Source: an uncultured Nitrososphaeraceae archaeon (lineage in GTDB: Archaea > Thermoproteota > Nitrososphaeria > Nitrososphaerales > Nitrososphaeraceae). From it: DNA of 64,000 nt. Shown piece by piece: positions 33,309 to 43,818 of this stretch. The notes beneath the pieces were generated by a model, which did no database searches, was not told where the DNA came from, and worked only from the letters and a program-made list of their open reading frames with translations. The stretch is from assembly GCA_963779615.1 (NCBI GenBank), contig CAVZZA010000003.1:1088001-1152000 (forward strand), read 5' to 3'. The first letter of the stretch is position 1, and every line of letters starts with the position of its first letter. Made by a program: the position numbers and the translations under genes.

Positions 33309-33556
33309 AATTGAGGTTACGTGTTATTATTGATATAAGTGGAATAAGTCACTTCATACGTAAAGTACCTAATTAATTTTTTAACCTAGAAATATCAACG
33401 TAACATTAAAACATAATATGATAAAATTATTATTGAGTATATTTTTAACTAGTAATCTATTAAAGGAAATATTGCGTCAAGGTTTTAGAGCAAAGCTGTT
33501 AGTATTAATTATAAACTTATTTTAAAAGATAATTTTTCAAAACTATATATTATTAT

Positions 33557-33633
33557 CCATCAAAAACAACACAAAAAACAACACATGTAGTAATGCCTTG
33601 GATGCTGTAACAAGGAGTTATGATGGGGGCGAT
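33557..33633 (+). repeat. CAACA-repeat element, copy 3
   Basis: CCATCAAAAACAACACAAAAAACAACACATGTAGTAAT...TGTAACAA..GTTATGATGGGGGCGA. Confidence 0.85.
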
Positions 33634-34005
33634 TTCCCCCACCTTTAAAAACCCTAAACTGCGAACTTTGTGAAACGGCAGATGATGAGATTGACAGGCC
33701 AAACTTCTTCAAATCCAACCCTGCAAGGGATGTGGGTGAACGAACTCACAAGAAGGATATGTGAATAGGATGCCATGCTTTTGGAAAGGGCCAGCAAGCA
33801 AGACGGTTAAGGGTGCTGCCAAGTTGAGGTTTATCAAGGACGGCTGGATGGGACGTCCCAGAATTGAGGAGGCACAGTAAACATTTCCTGTGCTTTGTTC
33901 AGTGCCAGTGTTATGCTGTTTTTTGCAGGATGATAAACGCAAAAAGAGATATGGGTTTTATATGACCTACCCCAAATAAGCCGCAAAACGAACAATATAT
34001 AATAT

Positions 34006-35565
34006 ATGAACATTTTACGGTGTCTGTTAATATTATCCGCTTTAGTGTCTTTGCTGGTCACAGTACCAAACCTGGCTCCATTGCAGTCTTATGCCGCTGC
34101 AGCTGACAATGGCGACTACAAAATCACCAAGGACTATAAGGACAGCATACACAAGGACGTAAATACAAAGTCAGACAGCACTAATCAGCACTCAAGCCAG
34201 GACAACCTCTGCTACAGTGATGACGGTTGCGAGCAGGCAAACGAAGGCGGACAGATAGAGGGCAAGGATAACGCCGCAGACGGTTTCAACGACCAGGGCA
34301 AAAATGCGCATCAACAGCCCGGTGTCTCCGGTGGCTTACCGACATCAACCCAGACAAACTCGCCACCATCACCACTACAAACCGGCACCCTGCTGGCCAC
34401 AAAGAACGTCACCTGCCCCGATGGTTTCTCATGCCCACAACCATCCGACTTTACAATACGTGTCACGGGCGTCCCTGGCAACGGCAATCCAAGCCCCTCA
34501 TCGTTTGCCGGCTCCGAGGAGGGCACCACTGTCACGCTCAATGTAGGAGAGTACAACGTCACCGAGGACTTTGAGGACAGCGCGTCATCGCCGCTGAAGG
34601 TTGTGAGGAACTTTAGCGCCGGTTGCAGCGGCAGCATCGAATCGGTAGGTCAAAGCAGAATATGCAACGTGACAAACGAGTTTGCGGTGAAGGAGTACCT
34701 GTTTCTTGATAAATGGGGCTCCCGCGGCTCCGGCAACGGCCAGTTTAATTCCCCAACAGACGTTGATATGAACCCCTCGACGGGCAACGTGTTTGTGGCA
34801 GACTGGATCAACAACAGAATCCAAGTGTTTGACTCTAGTGGCACCTTTATCACAAAGTTTGGGACTTTGGGCTCCGGCAACGGCCAGTTTAATCAACCAG
34901 TAGGCGTTGCCGTGAACCCTATAACAGGCAGCATCTATGTGGTAGATGCCGGCAACGACCGCATCCAGGTGTTCGACAGCACCGGCAACTTCATTATGAA
35001 ATGGGGATCATTTGGCTCCGGCAACGGCCAGTTTAATAATGCGGTAGGCGTTGCCGTGAACCCCTCGACGGGCGGTGTATATGTGGCAGATCAATTAAAC
35101 GACCGCATCCAGGTGTTCGACAGCACCGGCAACTTCATTATGAAATGGGGATCATTTGGCTCCGGTAACGGTCAGTTTTTTAATCCGATAGACGTTGCCG
35201 TGAACCCCTCGACGGGCGGTGTATATGTGGCGGATACCTTCAACGACCGCATCCAGGTGTTCGACAGCACCGGCAACTTCATCACAAGTTTCGGAACTTT
35301 GGGCTCCGGCAACGGCCAGTTTAGGTCTCCAGAAGGCGTTGCCGTGAACCCCTCGACGGGCAACGTGTTTGTGGCAGACACCTTCAACGACCGCATCCAG
35401 GTGTTCGACAGCATCGGCAACTTCATAACAAAGTTTGGAACCGCCGGCTCCGGCAACGGCCAGTTCAATACTGCAGCAAGGGTTGCCGTGAACCCGGCGA
35501 CGGGCAACGTGTTTGTGGCAGACCAAACCAACAACAGAATCCAGGTGTTTTTCCTGGACCCTTGA
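34006..35565 (+). CDS. Secreted protein: QANEG-GKDN module + Ig-like domain + six-bladed NHL beta-propeller
   Basis: Six 47-aa repeats GSGNGQFxxPxxVAVNPSTGNVxVADxxNxRIQVFD; N-terminal module as in 32724 and 40391. Confidence 0.9.
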   Translation: MNILRCLLILSALVSLLVTVPNLAPLQSYAAAADNGDYKITKDYKDSIHKDVNTKSDSTNQHSSQDNLCYSDDGCEQANEGGQIEGKDNAADGFNDQGKNAHQQPGVSGGLPTSTQTNSPPSPLQTGTLLATKNVTCPDGFSCPQPSDFTIRVTGVPGNGNPSPSSFAGSEEGTTVTLNVGEYNVTEDFEDSASSPLKVVRNFSAGCSGSIESVGQSRICNVTNEFAVKEYLFLDKWGSRGSGNGQFNSPTDVDMNPSTGNVFVADWINNRIQVFDSSGTFITKFGTLGSGNGQFNQPVGVAVNPITGSIYVVDAGNDRIQVFDSTGNFIMKWGSFGSGNGQFNNAVGVAVNPSTGGVYVADQLNDRIQVFDSTGNFIMKWGSFGSGNGQFFNPIDVAVNPSTGGVYVADTFNDRIQVFDSTGNFITSFGTLGSGNGQFRSPEGVAVNPSTGNVFVADTFNDRIQVFDSIGNFITKFGTAGSGNGQFNTAARVAVNPATGNVFVADQTNNRIQVFFLDP

Positions 35566-35624
35566 TTTGTCGCCATAAATGAATAGAATTCCCAAGTCTA
35601 CCTTTAGCCTTAATCCTTTTGCCA

Positions 35625-35990
35625 TAAATGGAAAGGCGACATGGGATGGAGTATTGGGAGGAGGAGATGACGCAAAAGGCCGGAGAATGCAAAAGGATAA
35701 CAGATACAGGAAGGTGAGCTGAGGATGGCAGGGGGAAATCGAATAAAATAAGGATACCCGTGGATTACACCGGAGCAGACGTTGTGGTAGGCAACTGTGT
35801 CATTCCATCCGTAGGACAAGGCGAAAACTTTCATGAGATTACGGGATGCTGAAGCCCGGTGATATGGGAATGGGGGCAATTTTCCGGCTTGGTCGCATCC
35901 GGAGAGGTGGAGGATATCTCCATGGATACTGAAGGTTGATGCGTAGGCTGCATCGGCTGGGAGACGCCAACAAAGAAACTAATGAAAGAA
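35625..35990 (+). pseudogene. Heavily degraded arsenite methyltransferase (ArsM)-like relic
   Basis: Across frames: MTQKA..DNRYRKV..GEIE..IPVDYTGADVVVGNCVI..DKAKTF..MLKPG..SGLVASGEV..*CVGCIG; matches the ArsM DVVISNCVI / LKPGG / W..CI.G motifs. Confidence 0.6.
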
Positions 35991-36012
35991 TCATTCTTTT
36001 GTTAACACTTTT

Positions 36013-36070
36013 GTCAACAAATCACCCATTTCAAATGCCAAAAGGTGCGAAGTGCGGGATTTGAACCCGC
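36013..36070 (-). repeat. att copy (attR of the newest element)
   Basis: GTCAACAAATCACCCATTTCAAATGCCAAAAGGTGCGAAGTGCGGGATTTGAACCCGC nearly identical to 50807-50855. Confidence 0.95.
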
Positions 36071-36331
36071 AATTCTCGCAATGAGGGGGCGAATTGCTTG
36101 GCTGTTTATGGCACGGTCAAGATTAAGGTTGGAGAACAGTGACGACATCAAGAAAAGTTCCTTGTCCGCTAGTTTGGCTAGTTTTTTTTGATGATGGATT
36201 TGAATAACTAGATAAGATATAATTAATAACATCATTTTTAGTCCTTTTGATTTTATCTTTTTACTTTCTTTTTGTGACACAAAGGTAAGAGATTAAGTTT
36301 TTATATCATCCATTAGTATATTAACATATCA

Positions 36332-36706
36332 TTGAATGATGATATGTTAATTAGTATTCAAAAACTATCATTAAAGGCAAAACTGTTTAGGGGTTTGGCA
36401 GATAGCACCCGCCTTTCCATTTTGGAGGCATTAAGGGATGGTGAAAAGAACACTAGCGAAATTGTAAAGAAGACCTCGCATAACCAGTCAAATGTGTCCA
36501 ATCATTTGGCGTGTCTTTTGGACTGCGGGTTGGTCAAGAACAGAAGAGAGGGCAAGAACATCTATTATAAGCTAAACAACGAAAAAGTGTTAAGGCTGCT
36601 TGAGGAAAGCGATGCGGTTTTATCTGAAATTGTGAGTGGCCTGTATCTTTGCGTGAACTATAACGATGAAACTGCAAAGGGAAAAAACCTAAATGAAAAA
36701 AATTAA
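36332..36706 (+). CDS. ArsR/SmtB (CadC/CmtR-like) metalloregulator
   Basis: LFRGLADSTRLSIL, QSNVSNHLACLLDCGLV, C-terminal Cys. Confidence 0.9.
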   Translation: MNDDMLISIQKLSLKAKLFRGLADSTRLSILEALRDGEKNTSEIVKKTSHNQSNVSNHLACLLDCGLVKNRREGKNIYYKLNNEKVLRLLEESDAVLSEIVSGLYLCVNYNDETAKGKNLNEKN

Positions 36707-38922
36707 CCTTTCTCCAGACACCAACTTTGGCAACAATGAAGAAGAGAGCATAGGGAATAAGAAAGTGCCTAAGTGAAATAAAGGAAGAGGATGGCTGTGG
36801 ATGTTGCAGTGGACCTGATTTATCGTTTTTAAAAACCCCATCATCTCAATCAACAAATTCAAAAGCAGAGAAATCAGTTTTGGAGGAGCAGGAAAATGAA
36901 AGGGAGAGAAGGGAGAAGAGAAAGGACAGAAAGGACAGAATTCTCATTCTGATTGGACTAGCGTTAACCATTCCCTTGGTCGCAATAGAAATGTTGGAGT
37001 TTTACAATGTCGCGGGGATTGATGTTGTAAACACGGATTACCTTCTACTGGCTTTAGCAACCCCAATTCAAGTATTGCTGGGAGGTCCGTTTTACATGCG
37101 CTTTTTTGGCTCCCTAAAGAGAAGACGTGGCTTTACGGTAGACACATTGGTTGTGTTGAGCACAACCGTTGCTTATGTCTACAGCATAGTTGCCATGTTT
37201 ACAAACCAGGATATAAGGTTCTTTGAGGCCTCTGCCTCTGTGTTGACAATATTTACAATTGGTGAGTATGTTGAAAGTAAAGCTCTGGGAACAACCACAG
37301 AATCCATAAAAAAACTTTTTGCGTTAAAGCCCAAGACCGCTATAAGAATCAAGAGAAGCGATGGAAAGCATCATCAGCAGGAAGAAGTAGTCAATGTAAA
37401 TGACTTGGTAACAGGAGATGTTTTCATGGTAAAACCTGGGGAGAACATTGCAACAGATGGTGTAATAGTTTATGGGAACTCATCAGTAGATGAATCCATG
37501 ATTACAGGCGAATCCATTCCTGTTGATAAGGGAGATGGAGAAAAGGTAATTGGCGGAACCACGAACAAGAATGGTTATCTGCATGTCAAGGCTACAAGTG
37601 TAGGAAGCCAAACCGTGCTGGCAAACATAATTGAAATGGTGGTAAAGGCAAGGGCCAGCAAGTCATCAATCCAAAGGATTGCAGACAGGTGCGCAAAATA
37701 CTTTATTCCTGTTGTTTTGGGTATTGCTGCCTTATCCTCTCTGTATTGGCTGCTTGTGGGGCAGTTTCCCATCCAATTTGCTGTGACTGTTTTTGCAACA
37801 GTCTTGGTTGTGTCTTGTCCCTGTGCCTTGGGAATTGCAACTCCCATGGTGGTGTCATTGGGTGTTGGCAACGCCGCAAAACATGGTGTGTTGATAAAGG
37901 GCGGAAAATACCTTGAGAAATTGGCCTCAGTTGACACAGTAGTCTTTGACAAAACAGGAACCTTGACCAAGGGAAAACCAGAAGTTACAGACATAATTCC
38001 GATTGACGGTTATGATGAAACCTATGTACTGCAAATGGCATCCTCATCAGAAAACAAATCTGAGCATCCCATAGCACAGGCAATAGTAAAAAAAGATCAT
38101 GAGAAAGGGATACAGTTTCTTGAAGTCAGTGGATTTAACGCAATCACAGGACAAGGGGTTGTTGCAAGGTACAAAGAACAGAGAATATTTATCACAAACC
38201 CACAAAGCGCAAACAGCAATCACCCAAACAAAATCACCAAAGAAGTTCAGTCAAAGATATACGAATTGGAATCAGATGGCAAATCTGTGGTAACAGTCTT
38301 CATCGAGGACAAGATGATAGGGGGTATAGCGGTTGCGGATGTGCTAAGGGAGAATTCGGCAGAGACCGTTAAACAGCTTCAATCAATGGGCAAGGAGACA
38401 ATTCTCTTGAGCGGTGACAACAAAAGAACGGCCAACGCCATTGCCAAAAAAGTCGGGATAAAAAATGTCCTGGCAGAGGTGTTGCCAGAGCAAAAGGCAG
38501 AGAAGATAAAGAGTTTGCAAAATGAAAAAATGAAAAAGAAGGTAGTGGCCATGATAGGCGATGGCATTAATGACGCACCTTCCCTGACCCAAGCCGATGT
38601 GGGAATCGCAATGAGGTCAGGGACCGATGTTGCAATGGATGCGGGACACGTGATTCTCATGAAAAATGACTTGTCCGACATAGTTTATGCATTTAATCTA
38701 GCCGAATATTCCATAAACAAGATAAAGCAAAACCTGACAATGTCTTTTGCCTATAATGCCGTAACGATTTCAATAGCCGCTGGCCTTTTCTATGGCATGA
38801 CCAACTCACTCATCCTTACTCCCGCATTGGGGGCACTGGGTTGGGTCATAAGTGACACACTTGTTTTTGGAAACTCTTTGTTGTTGAGGAAGTTTAAAAT
38901 TCCAAAGAAAACAAGAAAATAA
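36693..38922 (+). CDS. P1B-type heavy-metal ATPase (CopA-like); N-terminus separated by one frameshift near 36760
   Basis: TGES, CPC, DKTGT, EHP, GDGINDAP; in-frame CGCCS upstream of the ORF-track start at 36880. Confidence 0.92.
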
Positions 38923-38971
38923 TCCCTAGAAACGATTTTTCCTTAAAAAAACAGTTTTTATTGTTATTTTT

Positions 38972-39187
38972 CTAGTGGACATCCAGGTTAATTTGCTCGC
39001 CATCCTTTAAGACATGGTTTGCAAAATCTGCCATAGGCTCCCCATTCGCTGATGCCTTTACTGTTTTACCGTTAAAGTCCACTCCCCAAATCCTGAGAAA
39101 GTCACCTAACGTGTAATTTTTGATAACCATTGACTCCACATGAATCAAACCATCGGAGGAGTGGGTGTGCAATGGCGCCATTTCCAC
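38972..39187 (-). pseudogene. C-terminal fragment of a secreted HTHxxxGxIHVES-family protein
   Basis: APLHTHSSDGLIHVES..YTLGDFLRIWG; no N-terminus. Confidence 0.6.
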
Positions 39188-39579
39188 TCTTTGTGTGTGT
39201 TGAGAATGCGGGGCGAAGCCAAATGGCAGAGGGCTTCTTTAGGAAATATGGCACAGGAGACTACGAGCCAATCAGTGCGGGCACACGCCATAAATCCCAA
39301 ATCAACCCTGTTGCTGTGGAAGTTATGAAGGAAGTTGGCATAGACATTAGCGGTCAAAAACCAAAGGAGCTGACCGAGGACATGATGCGAAACGCAGCAA
39401 AAATAATCAGCATGGGTTGCATGGACAAGGACTTCTGCCCTACTTTATTTGTCCCCAAGGTTGTTGACTGGGGGATTGAGGACCCCAAGGATAAGACAAT
39501 AGGAAAAGTTAGGGAGATAAGAGATGAGATAGAGAGCAGAATAAAAGAAGTAGTAAAGCAAATTGACAAAGATGGATAG
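39173..39579 (+). CDS. arsC: Arsenate reductase (LMW-PTP / thioredoxin type), 5' end possibly truncated
   Basis: LFVCVENAGRSQMAEG P-loop, SAGT, MGC....CP, DWGIEDP. Confidence 0.85.
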
Positions 39580-39660
39580 AAGAACTAAAGCTTTCACAAT
39601 ATTTTGTTTGTTGCCATGGAAAATTAGCCTGTAAACCAACATAAGAAAAGAGAAGATACG

Positions 39661-40229
39661 TTGAGAAACACAGCAAACAACCTAGCCACAACAATAAGGG
39701 ATAGTCTGTCCCCAAGCCAAAAGAGGTTTATTGCTGAAGTAATTGGAACTTTTATTGTCGTGGTTTTGGCTACTGGCTCTGTAGTCATAGACGCCAAACT
39801 AAATAGGGCGTGGGGCATTCCCTTTATAGCATTTGCCCCTTTTGTTGGTGTCGCAATAGGCGTATACCTATTTGGCAAAGTCTCCATGGCCCATTTCAAC
39901 CCCGCCGTGACCTTGGGATTTCTGATTACAAGGCACATAACGAAAAGGCAGCTGTTGGTCCTTACACACCTGCAGAGATAATGGGGGCGCTATTGGCAAG
40001 CCTGTTTGTAAAGTATGCCATAGGGAACGAGGCTTTTCTTGGAGCCAACTCACCAAACTATGTATATCCTTTGCCTTTGGTATTTGGGGTGAAGACATTG
40101 GCTTCTGCCCTGCTGATGGCTGTGATATTGGTGGTGGTGGTTTTCACAAGGGGCATGAGAGGTTTTAGCGGCATAGTTATTGGCGGCATTGTCGGACTGG
40201 ACATATTCTTTTTGGCCTTTTACATATGA
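39661..40229 (+). pseudogene. Aquaporin (MIP), copy 3: frameshifted and 3'-truncated
   Basis: AEVIGTF, AHFNPAVT; frameshift near 39960; ends at FLAF before the second NPA. Confidence 0.88.
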
Positions 40230-40390
40230 AAATCATTTTTAGAATATCAGATAAAGTTATGCTAAACATTCCCATTTACATCTATAGTATTAAGATAATA
40301 CGTATATTTTCAGGTTAACAAATTCAGACAAAATATCAGGTGACAAAAGACCTACTTCAGATATGACAAAAATGTAACTGTTTTTTATAC

Positions 40391-41394
40391 ATGAACAACG
40401 CAAAAAACATTTTGTTAATATCTATAATCACATCAACACTGGTTCTTGGAACAGGCGTAATCCCAATGCAGTCATATGCATTTGAGGAGCACAAAGAAAA
40501 TAGTGACTTAAAGTCGTCAATAAAATCAGGCTCTGACGTGGACAAAAATGGCGCAAGCCAGCACTCGGGCCAGGGCAACTTTGCGTACAGGAGCGGTGAC
40601 CCCAGCCAGGCAAACCAGGGGCAGCAGATAACAGGAAAGGACAACGAGGCGACGGGGTTCAACGACCAGAGTGCTTTAGAGTCAGTCGATAATCAAGGTC
40701 AGTCAGGACCCGCTAGACCTGAATGCCCAAGTGAATTTACTTTCAATGAGTCCACTAAAAAATGCGAAAAGCCCGCTTGTAATGACGGATTTGCATTCAA
40801 TGTCGGCATCCAACAATGCGAAAGACCAATAACAACACAGGCAACATGCCCAGACGGCAGTGCCGCAACCAGCGCAACATGCCCTGGAACTACAACCAAT
40901 GTCCCCGCAACATGCCCAGCCAATTACGCTGGCCCTAGCAGCATCGGCACTTGTACAGGACCTGTACAAAGGACAACGGGATTATGCCCAGCTCCTGTAG
41001 GCGCAACCAATGTTGTATGGGACCGTACATTAATGGGCAAGGACAGTGTGAAATAGTGGTCGTGGGGACGATTGCAAGCAATTACCTTGGCTGTTTTGGC
41101 CAAATTTCATTTACATGCATGGATGGAATTTTCACATGCCCAGAGGGTTTCGCTATAGAAAACCTCGTTACCGGAATATGCAGGGGAACGCCAACTACAC
41201 AGGCAACATGCCCGGACGGAAGTGCCGCCACCAGTGCGACATGCCCAGTAACAGGACCCTCGACAATGGCAACCTGCCCGGCTGGTTTCACGGGACCCGA
41301 CGCCACCGGACGTTGCACGGGAACTGAAACAGGACTTATACAGTGTGCCAATCCAACATCAACCGGCACCTGCCAGACTAACCCAAAATTCTGA
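40391..41394 (+). CDS. Secreted protein: QANQG-GKDN module + Cys-rich (TCP/CPxG) repeats; one frameshift near 41020
   Basis: ORFs 40391-41056 and 40951-41394 join as VVW/GPYING; TTQATCPDGSAATSATCP occurs twice. Confidence 0.8.
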
Positions 41395-41835
41395 TAGGGC
41401 AGTTTTCGGAATTTAAATTTGCGACATGCACATGCGTTATTTGCCTACTTCCCTATGATAAGCCTCTGCATCCTTTTCCACGCCTGCCTTGTCTCATAAG
41501 ACATCGCTGGGACGTCCTTCTCCTCGAGTTTGCCGTACCTTTTGTATGCTGGGCAAAACCCTCCTGCAGGCTGGCAAGGACCTCTTTCCGGTCTTTACCA
41601 ACAACCACGCATTCAGTGTTGTTTAACTCAAAGTCGTGGTGGATTTCCTCGTCCACTATGTTGACGATTCCACGGTGTATGTCTATGCTGACAGGCATGA
41701 ATTTTACTTCATCGATTGGGTCGGGCTGAAAAAGAAAATGGGGCATAAAGAAGCATTGTGGTAAATCCTTTTATTTGATAGTTTTCACACGGGGAAATCG
41801 CTCAATGCGCCTTTGCGTTTCATTTGCAGTATTGT

Positions 41836-41909
41836 CTACCATAAACAACACAAAAAACAACATATGTAGTAATAACACGTTGTAACAATGGGTTATAATG
41901 GGGGGCGAC
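41836..41909 (+). repeat. CAACA-repeat element, copy 4
   Basis: CCATAAACAACACAAAAAACAACATATGTAGTAAT...TGTAACAATGGGTTATAATGGGGGGCGA. Confidence 0.85.
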
Positions 41910-42032
41910 ATTATCCAAAAGGCCGACAACAAAGATGTCCGGAACATCCACGAGTTGTTAAGATACATTGAAAACGAAAAGAAGGATGGGAACAACATGG
42001 TGGCCACTGTTCTTAGAAATGCAATAGAATAA
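41898..42032 (+). pseudogene. PDZ-domain fragment of an HtrA/DegP-like protease
   Basis: MGGDIIQKADNKDVRNIHELLRYIENEKKDGNNMVATVLRNAIE*. Confidence 0.65.
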
Positions 42033-42275
42033 TCGATAAATGTGAAGATTGACTCAAACCTTGCATTCACGCCCCACTTAAAATAGGAAAATTGCCACAT
42101 AGGGGCTTGTAATAAATTAACGTTGAATCATCCGGGTCGTTATATGCATGAAGTTAGTACACGCAATGTATTACTATCGCGACATTCATGCCATGAATGG
42201 TATAAAATCAAAATCAAAAAAAAAGACATGATGGACATGGAGAGAACAAAATTATCACTAATATTAAAAAACAAA

Positions 42276-42932
42276 ATGTCTTTAAATCAAAAGAAGTTTT
42301 TAGCCGAAGTTATTGGAACGTTCATTGTGGTTGTGCTGGCCACAGGCTCCGTGGTTGTTGACGCGAAAATGGGCGGAAGCCTCGGCCTGCCTTTTATTGC
42401 GTTTGCCCCGTTTGCGGGAGTTGTAGTGGGTGTATATTTGTTTGGGAGGATATCAATGGCCCACTTTAACCCCGCCGTGACATTGGGGTTTCTCATCACA
42501 AAACACATTTCAAAAAATATGTTTTTTCTTTATGTCGTTGCAGAGGTGACTGGGGCACTGCTGGCCAGCCTTTTTGTGAGTTCGGTCATCGGGTCCAGTG
42601 CAAACCTGGGTGCCAACTCACCAAACTACTCTTACCCATTGCCCTTGGTGTTCGGTGTCGAGGTGCTGGCATCGGCCCTGCTGATGGCTGTCATATTGGT
42701 GGTTGTGCGCAAAAAAGGCTTGAGGGGTTTTGGCGGGATGGCAGTTGGGGCAATGGTGGTCCTTGACATACTCTTTTTGGGCTTTATCTCGGGTGCCTCC
42801 ATGAATCCCGCGCGTTCCTTGGCCCCCGCCTTAATCTCTCATGTGATGGGAAGCCTGTGGCTGTATTGGTCTGCCACGTTTGTTGGAACATCAATAGTCG
42901 CAACAATATTTAGGAAAAAATTCAACAGATAG
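42276..42932 (+). CDS. Aquaporin (MIP family), intact copy 4
   Basis: Both NPA boxes (AHFNPAVT, SMNPARSLAP); ORF track starts at 42123. Confidence 0.93.
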   Translation: MSLNQKKFLAEVIGTFIVVVLATGSVVVDAKMGGSLGLPFIAFAPFAGVVVGVYLFGRISMAHFNPAVTLGFLITKHISKNMFFLYVVAEVTGALLASLFVSSVIGSSANLGANSPNYSYPLPLVFGVEVLASALLMAVILVVVRKKGLRGFGGMAVGAMVVLDILFLGFISGASMNPARSLAPALISHVMGSLWLYWSATFVGTSIVATIFRKKFNR

Positions 42933-42970
42933 TTATGCTTTAGAACACCGTTAAAAAATTATGTTGTTCT

Positions 42971-43105
42971 CTATCAAAAACAACATAAAAAACAACACAT
43001 GTAACAGTAAAAAATGCAGTAACAGGGATAGCGGTCAGGAAAAGGCTGTAACATGAATAGCAAAATCATTTGCTTATAAGCCATCTCAATAACAATGGGT
43101 GGCGT
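42971..43105 (+). repeat. CAACA-repeat element, copy 5 (upstream region of an HTH gene)
   Basis: CTATCAAAAACAACATAAAAAACAACACATGTAAC...TTATAAG (TATA-like)...ATGGGTGGCGTATG. Confidence 0.85.
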
Positions 43106-43669
43106 ATGCTACCAAATGAAAAGGACAAAGAAAATCATGTTATTGACTTGCTGAAAAAGGGTTACAAAACAAGGGAGATTGTAAAGCTGGCCCACGTTTC
43201 GAACACCACCGTCAAGAAGATAAGGGCGAAACTAACCGCTGAGGCTAAAGAGGAGCAGGAGCAAGGCGACCAAAGGAAAAAACCGTTGTCCGTTTCGTCA
43301 CAGGCATTCAACCTATTTGAAGAGGGCAAGTCCGTTGTCCAGGTCACCACTGGGCTTGATTTGACCACGGACCAGGCACTGAAAATACAATCCGACTACC
43401 TGGTATTGCGGAATATGGGACTGGCCTCGCGTATTCTGATGGAAAACCGAAAGGACTTGGGTGCATATTTGAAACTGTTTGATTTTCTGGACGGAAACAA
43501 AGTTAAGGTGAAGGACTTGAACCGTGCGGTTGATTTGACACAGAACATAGACAATATGAAGAAAGAGAAATCGCAACTGGAATACGACATAGACACGCTG
43601 ATTGACTTAAAAAAGTATTACGAGACAGAACTGGACGAAACCAAAAGAAAATACTACAAAAATCATTAA
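43106..43669 (+). CDS. HTH + coiled-coil protein
   Basis: VIDLLKKGYKTREIVKLAHVSNTTVKKIR; second HTH-like SQAFNLFEEGKSVVQV; C-terminal coiled coil. Confidence 0.8.
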   Translation: MLPNEKDKENHVIDLLKKGYKTREIVKLAHVSNTTVKKIRAKLTAEAKEEQEQGDQRKKPLSVSSQAFNLFEEGKSVVQVTTGLDLTTDQALKIQSDYLVLRNMGLASRILMENRKDLGAYLKLFDFLDGNKVKVKDLNRAVDLTQNIDNMKKEKSQLEYDIDTLIDLKKYYETELDETKRKYYKNH

Positions 43670-43818
43670 AGCCAAAACAGCGGTAAAATATTTTTCACGA
43701 GAATGTCTTTCTGTTGTGGTGGTGGTGGTGGTGGTGTTCATTGTTGGTAGGATAAATGCTATATCCGACACCACCTTTAACAGAAATATTTTTTATGTAA
43801 ACAAATCGTACTCTCTAA

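Noticed and set aside
34700-35560. NHL repeats (and TPR repeats) as DGR template/variable repeats
   Set aside because: No reverse transcriptase, and differences are not adenine-specific
20445-36070. 24-28-bp repeats considered as a CRISPR array
   Set aside because: Spacing is kilobases and irregular, the repeat is a tRNA 3' end, and no cas genes are present
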